Source of the DNA: Candidatus Wolframiiraptor sinensis
GTDB lineage: Archaea > Thermoproteota > Nitrososphaeria_A > Caldarchaeales > Wolframiiraptoraceae
Assembly: GCA_023261815.1 (NCBI GenBank)
Contig: JALNKA010000008.1
Coordinates: 1 to 43,168 of the forward strand
Reading direction: 5' to 3'
DNA length: 43,168 nt
A program made the position numbers and the translations under genes. The number at the start of each line of letters is the position of its first letter. Position 1 is the first letter of the stretch. The notes beneath the pieces were generated by a model, which saw only the letters and a list, made by a program, of their open reading frames with translations, searched no databases and was not told where the DNA came from. Below, in pieces: positions 16,885-25,250 of the stretch.

Positions 16885-17919
16885 TCACCTCCTGTCGATC
16901 GGATTGAAGAGCATATCCCGTATCGAGCCTTCTCTGAAGAGCTCGGCTCCAAGCCTTCTTAGCATCGCCTGCATAGCTATCACGTCGCTCTTCGTGAAGG
17001 TGCAGTAGTCGTGGGCTAATATCAGGAGCTCCGGATACCCGTAGATCAGCGGGTCGCTTTTCAGGAGGCTTCCGAAAACCTCCTCGACCCTCCTACACGT
17101 CGCCGCATCAACCCTGTAGACGTTGAGCCCAGAGCTGAGCCTCGCGAGGAATGTTCTTCCAAGGACTCGGACGCTCAGCTCAAGCTTCTTGATGAACCAG
17201 GTCATGTCGATGATGTAGGGCGGCTTAACGTCAAGCCTATCCTCTGTGAATATCGAGCCCCAAAACTGGAGGATGCTGGTCTTCGAGAAAGCTAGGATGT
17301 CGTTGCCCCTGGGCCCAGCCTCCTCCAGAATCCTGGAGACGAGCCATAATGGATTGTCCTGCGGGCCCGCTGAGAGCGATCCATCCAAGAGTATTATGCT
17401 ATCTCTGAATCGCTTGACGACGTGCTCTTGGAGCCTTTTCTCTAGTAGGCTGGCCAGAATCTTCTGAATGTGACCATCCAGCTGGTAGTTCGAGAGATCC
17501 AGCGGCGGCGGGTCTCCGAGGATAGAGCCTAAGATACTGGAGATATTCTCTGGGGTTAGATATGTGATGAAGGGGCCGATGCACTGGATCTCCAGGCCGA
17601 GCGCGCTCCTGATGGCTATGCTCCCCCTCACCCCCAGGATGATGCCACCCCTCCCGACCGCGACAACAACCGATGAGGTGTCTATGGCCACTACCTGCCT
17701 CTTCAAGGCTCCTTCCAGGGGTATGCTGATCGCCGAGACCTCCATCTGCTCAGCCTGCTCAATAAGCCCCAAATCCCATTCATTTTGAGCAAGATCCTCC
17801 TCATCAAACGCGGTCGAGTATGCTCCATTAACAAGGCCCAGGCTTCTCCGCCCCATCTCCAGGAAAGACTTAAAGATGGTCTCGAGGTCATTGAGTGTGG
17901 GTTGAACGAGTTGGCTCAT
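16885..17919 (-). CDS. nurA: NurA-family nuclease
   Basis: VAIDTS, LLDGSL, FSKTS and GYPELLILAH motifs; immediately upstream of herA. Confidence 0.85.
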   Translation of the reverse strand: MSQLVQPTLNDLETIFKSFLEMGRRSLGLVNGAYSTAFDEEDLAQNEWDLGLIEQAEQMEVSAISIPLEGALKRQVVAIDTSSVVVAVGRGGIILGVRGSIAIRSALGLEIQCIGPFITYLTPENISSILGSILGDPPPLDLSNYQLDGHIQKILASLLEKRLQEHVVKRFRDSIILLDGSLSAGPQDNPLWLVSRILEEAGPRGNDILAFSKTSILQFWGSIFTEDRLDVKPPYIIDMTWFIKKLELSVRVLGRTFLARLSSGLNVYRVDAATCRRVEEVFGSLLKSDPLIYGYPELLILAHDYCTFTKSDVIAMQAMLRRLGAELFREGSIRDMLFNPIDRR

Positions 17920-17965
17920 GCCCCCGGTTTCCCCGATTTTACTCCTCATCCTGTGCTTATAAATG

Positions 17966-17982
17966 TTGCTCAACTTGAGCAA
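17966..17982. promoter_or_regulatory. Perfect palindrome TTGCTCAA-C-TTGAGCAA (putative operator)
   Basis: Lies between TTATAAA (17957-17963) and the ATG at 17991, in the divergent nurA / wH promoter region. Confidence 0.65.
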
Positions 17983-17990
17983 GATGGGAA

Positions 17991-18422
17991 ATGAGCGAGA
18001 AGAACAAAATCAGGGTGGAGATCGTGATAGGCCCCGCCACGGTTAGGGTTGAGGCTCCTCCAGACCAGATAGAGGAGGCTGTGAGAAACGCCGTCGCGGC
18101 TCTAAGATCGGCTCTACCCGAGCTCGGGGCTAATGAGGCGCTGGCGGGATCCAGTATGGCCAAGCCCGAGAAGGCCCGGCGGAGGCCCGCGCCCACGTGC
18201 TCCGAGCTTATAAGGGGGCTTATCAGCGAGGGCTGGTTCGATCAGCCCAGGACCCTCTCGGAGGTCGTTCAGGAGCTGGCTAAGAAGGGCTATCATTATG
18301 ATTCGACGGCGATAGCGCACAGCCTTCTCGACTTAGTGAGGGAGAAAGCGCTCGTGAGGGAGGGCATTCCAAGGCGCTATGCTTACCGGAAGCCTTCGCC
18401 GGCAATCCAGGAGCAACGATAG
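17991..18422 (+). CDS. Uncharacterised protein: N-terminal beta-hairpin/helix domain + C-terminal winged helix (paralog 1)
   Basis: IRVEIVIGPATVRVEAP; C-terminal LISEGWFDQPRTLSEVVQELAKKGY...LLDLVR...RYAY wH pattern. Confidence 0.8.
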   Translation: MSEKNKIRVEIVIGPATVRVEAPPDQIEEAVRNAVAALRSALPELGANEALAGSSMAKPEKARRRPAPTCSELIRGLISEGWFDQPRTLSEVVQELAKKGYHYDSTAIAHSLLDLVREKALVREGIPRRYAYRKPSPAIQEQR

Positions 18423-18432
18423 TCTTATTAGG

Positions 18433-18942
18433 CTACTCGGGGCCGCTCATCAGCTCCTTCGAGAGCTTGTCGGCCAGATATTTTATCCCGAGCGGAGTTA
18501 TAGCGTAGTCTCCGCGATCAAGCCTCCTGAGAAGCTCCATCTGAACTAGCTTCGTGAGATTATTCATTATCGTCTTCTTCTTCGCTGTTAGCGCCGCCTC
18601 GAGCTCTCCGGGGCTTATGTTCGGCGCCTCGATCCTGCCGAGCTTATGCTCCAAGTGCTTTCTCAACGCGAGGAGGAGAATCGCGTCCGAGACGGATTTC
18701 AGCTGGCTTAAACTTATCTTGAAGAATAGGCCCTCCTGGGCATCGTATGCGAACACGCTGCTGAAGGCTTCGAGGAGATCCTTCAAGTCCATGTTAAACG
18801 CGATCTTTCTGGCGAGCGAGTATGCTGGAAGAACCTTCTCCATGAATGATATGATTTGGTGGTAAACTGCTTCTGGAGGTCCTGAGAAGCTCATCTCGAT
18901 GTCGCCACACCTTATAGTTACCTTAAGCTCCTCCGAGCTCAT
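18433..18942 (-). CDS. Uncharacterised beta-hairpin/helix + winged-helix protein (paralog 2)
   Basis: LKVTIRCGDIEMSFSGP; C-terminal KTIMNNLTKLV..LL....GDYAITPLG. Confidence 0.8.
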   Translation of the reverse strand: MSSEELKVTIRCGDIEMSFSGPPEAVYHQIISFMEKVLPAYSLARKIAFNMDLKDLLEAFSSVFAYDAQEGLFFKISLSQLKSVSDAILLLALRKHLEHKLGRIEAPNISPGELEAALTAKKKTIMNNLTKLVQMELLRRLDRGDYAITPLGIKYLADKLSKELMSGPE

Positions 18943-19406
18943 GGCTCACCACCGAAAAGCTCGCCAATAGAGCTCGATGTGAACGAATATAATCCTTCAT
19001 CGGCCTTGACGACTAGCCCGGCTTTTCTCAGCTCGCTCAGCCTGGCTCGGGCGACGCGCTCATCGAGCCCAGCATATGCCGCGATCTCCCTCGGCGCTAG
19101 ATACTCCTTGTCGAAGAGCCCCAGCCTCCTACCGACATAAGCTGCTGCTAGGCAGAGGAGAATCCTCCGCTTAGCATCCATCTCCTTCATGATCACGATT
19201 CTGCCATCCCTGAACTCCACGAATCCCTCGAGCTTCCTCGCCAGCTCGATGACATCGACCGCGCCGGCTAGCTTTCTGGCGATCTCCAGGGCTGGATACG
19301 TTTCGGAGAAGAACTTGTTGATGCTTCTCCAGACCTCTTCATAGCCTCCCTCGAACTCAATCTCCGTCTCGCCGCACCTAATTACCGCCCTGATCCTCTC
19401 GCTCAC
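18939..19406 (-). CDS. Uncharacterised beta-hairpin/helix + winged-helix protein (paralog 3)
   Basis: IRAVIRCGETEIEFEGG; C-terminal LAPREIA..AGL..RARLSELRKAGLV...GLYSFT. Confidence 0.8.
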   Translation of the reverse strand: MSERIRAVIRCGETEIEFEGGYEEVWRSINKFFSETYPALEIARKLAGAVDVIELARKLEGFVEFRDGRIVIMKEMDAKRRILLCLAAAYVGRRLGLFDKEYLAPREIAAYAGLDERVARARLSELRKAGLVVKADEGLYSFTSSSIGELFGGEP

Positions 19407-19888
19407 TTGCCGCCACCTCCGCCGCCCATGAGCCTTTCAACGTGCTCTATCCCCTTCCTTAGTATCCGGAAGATCTTGCGGTCATTCTGCTTCCCAGCAT
19501 CTTCCATGTAACCCTCCCGGATTAGGTGGGACATCACGTCCCAGACGTTCTTCGGCATGGGCCATCTGGCCTGAGCATAATACTTCTCAACATCATCGTA
19601 GGTTAGATCCCTGCCCTCCTGACTGTATAGGTAATATGCTATCGTCAGGAACTTCTCCCAATTCTTCTCCGGGTTCACACGGCCCGCGAACTCGACGAAG
19701 GAGGAGAAGCTGCCGACCACGGCCTGCTGCTGGGGCGGCTTGACGGCCCTCTGCTGCTCAAGATTTCCGAGCCTCTCAAGAAGTGCGTCGATCCAGCTCA
19801 GATCGGCGAACCTGGCTTCGAGGAACTCTCGATCTCCCTCGAGCTCGAGCTCAAGCCCACCAAGCTTTATTCTCAGCCTGTATGTCAT
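19403..19888 (-). CDS. Uncharacterised beta-hairpin/helix + winged-helix protein (paralog 4)
   Basis: YRLRIKLGGLELELEGD; C-terminal AYYL...LTYDDV..YY..A.WPMPKN...LIREGYM...FRILRKG. Confidence 0.8.
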   Translation of the reverse strand: MTYRLRIKLGGLELELEGDREFLEARFADLSWIDALLERLGNLEQQRAVKPPQQQAVVGSFSSFVEFAGRVNPEKNWEKFLTIAYYLYSQEGRDLTYDDVEKYYAQARWPMPKNVWDVMSHLIREGYMEDAGKQNDRKIFRILRKGIEHVERLMGGGGGGK

Positions 19889-19890
19889 CC

Positions 19891-19907
19891 GTGCTCTAAT
19901 TGAGACT
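19891..19907. promoter_or_regulatory. Degenerate copy of the 17966 palindrome (GTGCTCTAATTGAGACT)
   Basis: 11/17 identity to 17966-17982; lies between TTTAAA (19913-19918) and the start codon at 19888. Confidence 0.5.
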
Positions 19908-20016
19908 GCTTCTTTAAAGACTATTAAGGCTTATAGACCCGGGCGAAAATGGGCTTTTTGCATAAGACTTGAGCACGGATAGAGCACCAGCTCGCGGCTG
20001 CCTCTAGGGGATCTGG

Positions 20017-21921
20017 TCAGCCGCCTTGGCCATGGACTGCTTGGGAAACGAGCTGGTATAATTTTCCGCCATCGAATCTCCCGCGATAAGTCTTCATGAG
20101 CTCGCCCATTATGATCGAGATTGCTTTCCCCGGATTGGATCTCGCCAGCTCGCGATTCGCCTCCACGAGCTCCGCGATGCGGGCTTTAACCTCTTCAAGG
20201 CTGACGGCCCTCAGACCTAGAGCATTTACCGCATCCTCCAAGCTTTTACCAGGATTCCTGGCGAGCCATCTCATGACGTCTAGAGCCGCCTCCTTTGCCA
20301 CCTCCCCCCTTGCTACGCGCCTGAAGAACTCAAGCAGATCATCTTCTCGGATTCTCTCGACCTCGCAGCCCTCCCGCTTTAAGCTCTTCATGTGTTCCGT
20401 GAGTACTGAGGCGACCACGCTCGGCTGAACACCCGTCTCACCGACTATCCTCTCGAAGAGTTCAATCTTCTCGGAGTCTATCAGCTCGTCAATGATCTGC
20501 CTGCTCAGGCCGTGCTTCTTCGAGAGCTCCTCGGCGACCTCGTCGAGCGTGGGCGGGAGGCGGCGCCTAATCTCCTCCACGTATTCCCTCGGCAGCGGAA
20601 GGGGTGGAATATCTGTCTCGGGATACATTCTGGCGGCTCCAGGCCTCGGCCTCAAGTATATCGTCGTTCCATCAGGCTTGGCTCCGCGGGTCTCGGAGGG
20701 CACTCCATGAAGTGCCTCGATAGCCCTCTCCCTAATCCTTTCCAGCGCGTCCTCAGCCCTCTCGCGCTCCGCCGCAACTAGCACTACTGCGTCCAGCTCG
20801 CCCGCGCCAACCTCCTCCTTCAACCTCGCAACCTCATCCTCGGAGATGCCATAGCCCGGCAGCTCATCCGTGTGGAAGATTCCCTCAACCTCCGACCATG
20901 CTCTAGCTCTTCCCGCGAGCTCCGCTCCGAGCCTTATTCCCGGAGCAGCCTCTAAGCCTAGGAGCCCGCCGAAGCCCTTGAGCCTCAACGCCAAGACGAC
21001 CCCGCCAGCCTCCATCTTCCTCCGGATAATCTTGGACGAAGTCTTCGCGAAAATACGCGTGACATCCCTTATTGGCTCCTTTCTAAGCTCTTCTTCTGAT
21101 GCGCCCCTCCTCTCGAGCTCATCCCTTATCTTGAGTAGGTGGAGCTGCCTGATCACCTCGAGCTCGACGACCTTTGGCAGGAGATCAAGCTCCTGGACTC
21201 CCTTGATCTCCACGAGCGCTCCACCCGCTATCGAGATGTTGAGATCCTGCCTGACTGTCCCTATCCCTCTCTTCACCTTCCTAGTTGCTCTGAGAATTCT
21301 CCCTATCGCGTGGGCGACCTTATACGCCTCCTCCGGGGAGCTTATCACGGGAGCGGTCGAGACCTCGATCAAAGGTATCCCGAGCCTCGAGAGGTCGTAG
21401 TGCACCTCATGCGGCTTCTGCTCGATTATCCTAGCAGCATCCTCCTCGAGCGTTATCGTCTGGATTGGTATCTTCTTCCCATCAACCTGTATCTCGCCCC
21501 CGAGCGCTATCACGCAGGTTCTCTGGAACCCGGTTGTATTCGACCCATCTATGACGATCTTCCTCATCACGTGGATCTCATCGACCGGCTTGGCGTTCAT
21601 CAGGAGCGCTGCCGTGAGCGCCACCTCCACAGCCTCCCTGTTTAAGTCGTGTGGAGGCTCCTCATCGAGCTCTACAAGGCACGTGCTCTCCGTATTCGCG
21701 TGGTAGACGATCATCCTCCGCTTCCAGGACTCGAAGAGGGCGGCGGGATCGACCTCGCCGAGCTCGCTCTGAGCCTCCCTCAGCCACCTGATGAACGTTA
21801 TCTCCCTGCCTCCCTCCCTCGGCGCCGTTGGGCACTCGCAGAACAATTTATGCCGCGTGTCGAGCTGCCTATGGATCTCGAGGCCGACCTTTAATCCGAG
21901 CTTCTCGTAATCGAGCTTCAC
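20017..21921 (-). CDS. gatE: Glu-tRNA(Gln) amidotransferase subunit E
   Basis: GLKVGLEIHRQL, RKIVIDGSNTTGFQRT, RGIGTVRQD, RPGAARMYPETD. Confidence 0.97.
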   Translation of the reverse strand: MKLDYEKLGLKVGLEIHRQLDTRHKLFCECPTAPREGGREITFIRWLREAQSELGEVDPAALFESWKRRMIVYHANTESTCLVELDEEPPHDLNREAVEVALTAALLMNAKPVDEIHVMRKIVIDGSNTTGFQRTCVIALGGEIQVDGKKIPIQTITLEEDAARIIEQKPHEVHYDLSRLGIPLIEVSTAPVISSPEEAYKVAHAIGRILRATRKVKRGIGTVRQDLNISIAGGALVEIKGVQELDLLPKVVELEVIRQLHLLKIRDELERRGASEEELRKEPIRDVTRIFAKTSSKIIRRKMEAGGVVLALRLKGFGGLLGLEAAPGIRLGAELAGRARAWSEVEGIFHTDELPGYGISEDEVARLKEEVGAGELDAVVLVAAERERAEDALERIRERAIEALHGVPSETRGAKPDGTTIYLRPRPGAARMYPETDIPPLPLPREYVEEIRRRLPPTLDEVAEELSKKHGLSRQIIDELIDSEKIELFERIVGETGVQPSVVASVLTEHMKSLKREGCEVERIREDDLLEFFRRVARGEVAKEAALDVMRWLARNPGKSLEDAVNALGLRAVSLEEVKARIAELVEANRELARSNPGKAISIIMGELMKTYRGRFDGGKLYQLVSQAVHGQGG

Positions 21922-23261
21922 GGGGCATCCGCCTCCCGCATCGATGGCATGCTCCTCCCGCCCAGCTCTCCCGCGATCGGCGTCAGCATGAGGCTCTTCA
22001 CCTCCTCTATGTCGCGGGCTCTAGCCAGGCACCATGAGAGCTTCACGTAAGCGGTCTCCGGAAGCATGTCGCCGAGCGGAACGACTCCCGCCTTGAGGAG
22101 ATACCTGCCCGTGTCATAGACCCTCATGTTGATCCTGCCGAAGATGCATTGCGAGGTCATTCCGATGAATACACCCTTCTCCACGAGCTCCCTTATTGTT
22201 GGAATGATCTTGTTGGCGACGTGACCGAGACCTGTTCCCTCGAGTATGATCCCCCTGCATCCGAGCTCATAGACGGCCTCCAAGATCTCGGGCGGCATCC
22301 CGGGATAAAACTTGATGAGGGCGGCGTCTTTAGAGAAGCCGGGCTCGAACCTGTAGCCGCCGGATCCACGCGGATTGAGGTTCCCCGCGTTAATCCTTAT
22401 CTCATCTCCGATAACGTATGCGATCGGCTTGGAGTTTATTGATTTGAATGCATCCCTGCTGCTCGTATGAAGCTTTCTCACGCGCGTCCCTCTATGGATC
22501 GCTATAACCGTGTCCGAGTGCCAGGCATGCATCGAGACGCAGACCTCCGCGAGCGGGGCGTGGCCCGCGACCCTGACAGCCGCTATCAAATTCGTGGCGG
22601 CATCGCTCGACGGTCTATCCGAGGATCTCTGAGCGCCGACAAACACTATCGGGATTGGGGGCTTCTGGAGGGCGAAGCTGAGGGCGGCGGCCGAGTAGCC
22701 CATCGTATCTGTCCCATGAGCTATCACGATGCCGTCGAGCCCCTTCCTGATCAGCTTATCCGCCTCGATTGCCATGGCATTCCAGTGCTCCGGAGTCATG
22801 TCCTCGCTGTATATCGAGAAGAGGATCTTAGCATCGAGTTCGGCGATGTCCGCGAGCTCGGGGACTATCGAGAGGAGATCCTCGGCTGTTAGCGCGGCCC
22901 TAACCCCCCCGGTCCTATAGTCTATTCTGCTGGCTATCGTGCCCCCCGTGCTCACTATGACGACCCTCGGCAGCCCCGGCTTCTGCGGCGGCCTAGGAGG
23001 TGGAATGAACCTCGGCTTAGCCGCGGAGGCCACTTTCCTGATGGATGCGATCTTGAAAGCATTTATCCCGACATTATACCCGTTTGGGAGCTTTATGACC
23101 ACGTATCCGGGGTCCGCGAGCTCGTATCTGGCCATCAATATCCCGCGATAGATCTCTCCCTCAGCTTGAATCTCCACTTCATCACCGACCTCAACTCTGG
23201 CTTTTTCTAGGAGAGCTCGAAGATCGCCCGAGTATCCTTGTAAAGCATCTTGACCACTCAC
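21918..23261 (-). CDS. gatD: Glu-tRNA(Gln) amidotransferase subunit D
   Basis: STGGTIASRIDYRTG, HGTDTM, GAQRSSDRPSSD, RKLHTSSRDAF. Confidence 0.97.
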   Translation of the reverse strand: MSGQDALQGYSGDLRALLEKARVEVGDEVEIQAEGEIYRGILMARYELADPGYVVIKLPNGYNVGINAFKIASIRKVASAAKPRFIPPPRPPQKPGLPRVVIVSTGGTIASRIDYRTGGVRAALTAEDLLSIVPELADIAELDAKILFSIYSEDMTPEHWNAMAIEADKLIRKGLDGIVIAHGTDTMGYSAAALSFALQKPPIPIVFVGAQRSSDRPSSDAATNLIAAVRVAGHAPLAEVCVSMHAWHSDTVIAIHRGTRVRKLHTSSRDAFKSINSKPIAYVIGDEIRINAGNLNPRGSGGYRFEPGFSKDAALIKFYPGMPPEILEAVYELGCRGIILEGTGLGHVANKIIPTIRELVEKGVFIGMTSQCIFGRINMRVYDTGRYLLKAGVVPLGDMLPETAYVKLSWCLARARDIEEVKSLMLTPIAGELGGRSMPSMREADAP

Positions 23262-23374
23262 GAGCTACTCACGGCAGAGCCGAGGTAATAAGCTTAGGCT
23301 GTCTCTCCGGCGCTTTTTCCGGGCTTCTCGCGGTTAAACTTTTTATGCGATTAAATTCCGAGAAACTCTCAAAA

Positions 23375-24574
23375 ATGGTGGGGTATACTGTTCCCAGAAG
23401 GCTTCATGGAGTTGAGGCTGAGGCGGCCTTCGTCGTCCTGAGCGCGGCCAAGAAGGTCGAGGCAACTGGCAGGAGAGTCGCCCACCTAGAGATAGGTGAT
23501 GCGAGCTATGATACGCCGGAGCATATTAAAGAGGCGGCTATAAGGGCCCTGAAGGAGGGGAAGACGCATTATACCCCGACGGTCGGAATTCCCGAGCTGA
23601 GGCAGGCGATAGCTGAGAGCGTGAAAAGAGATTATGGGGTTGAGGTGGATTGGGAGAAAAACGTGGTTGTAGCGAATGGGTGCAAGCAGGCCATTCTAGC
23701 ATCTATGCTCTCGATCCTGGAGGAGGAGGATGAGGTTCTATATCCGAATCCCGGCTACCCGGAGTATGAGGCCGCGGCCAGGCTCGCCGGAGCAAAGCCC
23801 ATACCATATAAGCTCACAATAGAGGATGAGTTTAGGATCGATGCCGATAGGATCGCGGAGCTCATAACTCCCAGAACGAAGCTCGTCGTGATCAATACTC
23901 CGCATAATCCCTGCGGCTCCATAATGCGGGAGGAGGATGTTAAGGCCCTAGCCGATCTTTCGGATGATCATGGATTCTACATACTCTCCGACGAAATTTA
24001 TAGGCCATTCCTCTACGATGGCGAGGAGCATTATTCGCCGCTCTCGGTGAAGAGATCGCTTGACAGGCTCATAATAGCTGACGGCTTCTCGAAGAGATAT
24101 GCGATGACGGGGTGGAGAATAGGATATGCCCTCATCCCCGAGGAGCTTACGACGACTGTATTCAAGCTCCTGAACGTGATGACCTCTTGCCCGAGCTCGA
24201 TATCCCAGTGGGCGGCCCTCGCGGCCCTAACCGGGCCTCAGAATCCGGTGCATGAGATGAGGAAGGGCTATGAGCAGAGGAGGAACCTCGCCGCCGAGAT
24301 GCTGTCAGAGGTAGAGGGCATAAGGTTCGTCAAGGCGAAGGGAGCATTCTACATGATGATAGATGTCAGCAAGCTCATCAGCAAGCTGAGAATGAGCGCA
24401 GAGGAGTTCGTCATGATGCTGATAGAGAAGTATGGCGTCGCCTTCCTGCATGGAACCGCCCTGGGATCTTATGGCGAGGGATACATCAGGATGAGCTTCT
24501 CGGCCTCGGAAGATCACATAACTGATGGGCTCAAGAAACTTAAGCAGGCGGCCAGCGATATACTCAGCTCCTGA
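23375..24574 (+). CDS. Class I/II PLP aminotransferase (aspartate aminotransferase-like)
   Basis: THYT..GIPELR, NTPHNPCG, SDEIY, GFSKRYAMTGWRIG, YIRMSF. Confidence 0.92.
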   Translation: MVGYTVPRRLHGVEAEAAFVVLSAAKKVEATGRRVAHLEIGDASYDTPEHIKEAAIRALKEGKTHYTPTVGIPELRQAIAESVKRDYGVEVDWEKNVVVANGCKQAILASMLSILEEEDEVLYPNPGYPEYEAAARLAGAKPIPYKLTIEDEFRIDADRIAELITPRTKLVVINTPHNPCGSIMREEDVKALADLSDDHGFYILSDEIYRPFLYDGEEHYSPLSVKRSLDRLIIADGFSKRYAMTGWRIGYALIPEELTTTVFKLLNVMTSCPSSISQWAALAALTGPQNPVHEMRKGYEQRRNLAAEMLSEVEGIRFVKAKGAFYMMIDVSKLISKLRMSAEEFVMMLIEKYGVAFLHGTALGSYGEGYIRMSFSASEDHITDGLKKLKQAASDILSS

Positions 24575-25250
24575 CGCCCTCGAGCACAAGAAGCCTCCAA
24601 CAGAGCCTCCCATAAGAATCATACACGTAATCGGCATAAGGGAGGCTTCGCAGGTAATCGAGCATCCTCATGAGCCTTTTTCCAAATGGGTGGGTCAGGT
24701 AGTCGAGCACTTTAACGTTGAAGCCGGCATCAGCCATCAGCCTATAGGTCCTCCCGATCCCGACGAGCGAGATGACTGGTATCAGGAGTCGGCCGCCGCT
24801 TCTCAAGTGATCCACCGCCCCGCGGATGACCTCGTCAAGAACCTCCCGGCCATCGGCGCCTCCCCATGTATAGCGTGGGAGAGGGCTCTTAGAGGGCGTC
24901 ATCGGCGGATTGGACACTATTAGATCGAACTTCTCCCCTATTACGGGCTCGTAAAGCGAGCCGAGCCTGAAGTCTATGTTATCTGCGGAGTTTAACATCG
25001 CGTTACTCTTGGCCGCTCGAATGGCCCTGGCGGAGATATCCGTGGCCACGACCTCTCCCGCGCCCAGCTTAGAGGCTAGAATCGCCAGGAAGCCCGAGCC
25101 CGTTCCGAGATCCATAACCCTAGACCCGCTCTCGATCCTCATGTTCCTCGCGAGGCAGAGCGTGGCGGCTGAAGGCATATACACCTTCCGATCAGCCATG
25201 ATCCTAATACGCGCGGAGCCGATTCTATACTCGATTATCCGGCCGCTCAT
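24564..25250 (-). CDS. HemK/PrmC-related class I SAM methyltransferase
   Basis: VYMP, DLGTGSG, DLIVSNPPM, WGGADGREV. Confidence 0.85.
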   Translation of the reverse strand: MSGRIIEYRIGSARIRIMADRKVYMPSAATLCLARNMRIESGSRVMDLGTGSGFLAILASKLGAGEVVATDISARAIRAAKSNAMLNSADNIDFRLGSLYEPVIGEKFDLIVSNPPMTPSKSPLPRYTWGGADGREVLDEVIRGAVDHLRSGGRLLIPVISLVGIGRTYRLMADAGFNVKVLDYLTHPFGKRLMRMLDYLRSLPYADYVYDSYGRLCWRLLVLEGVRS

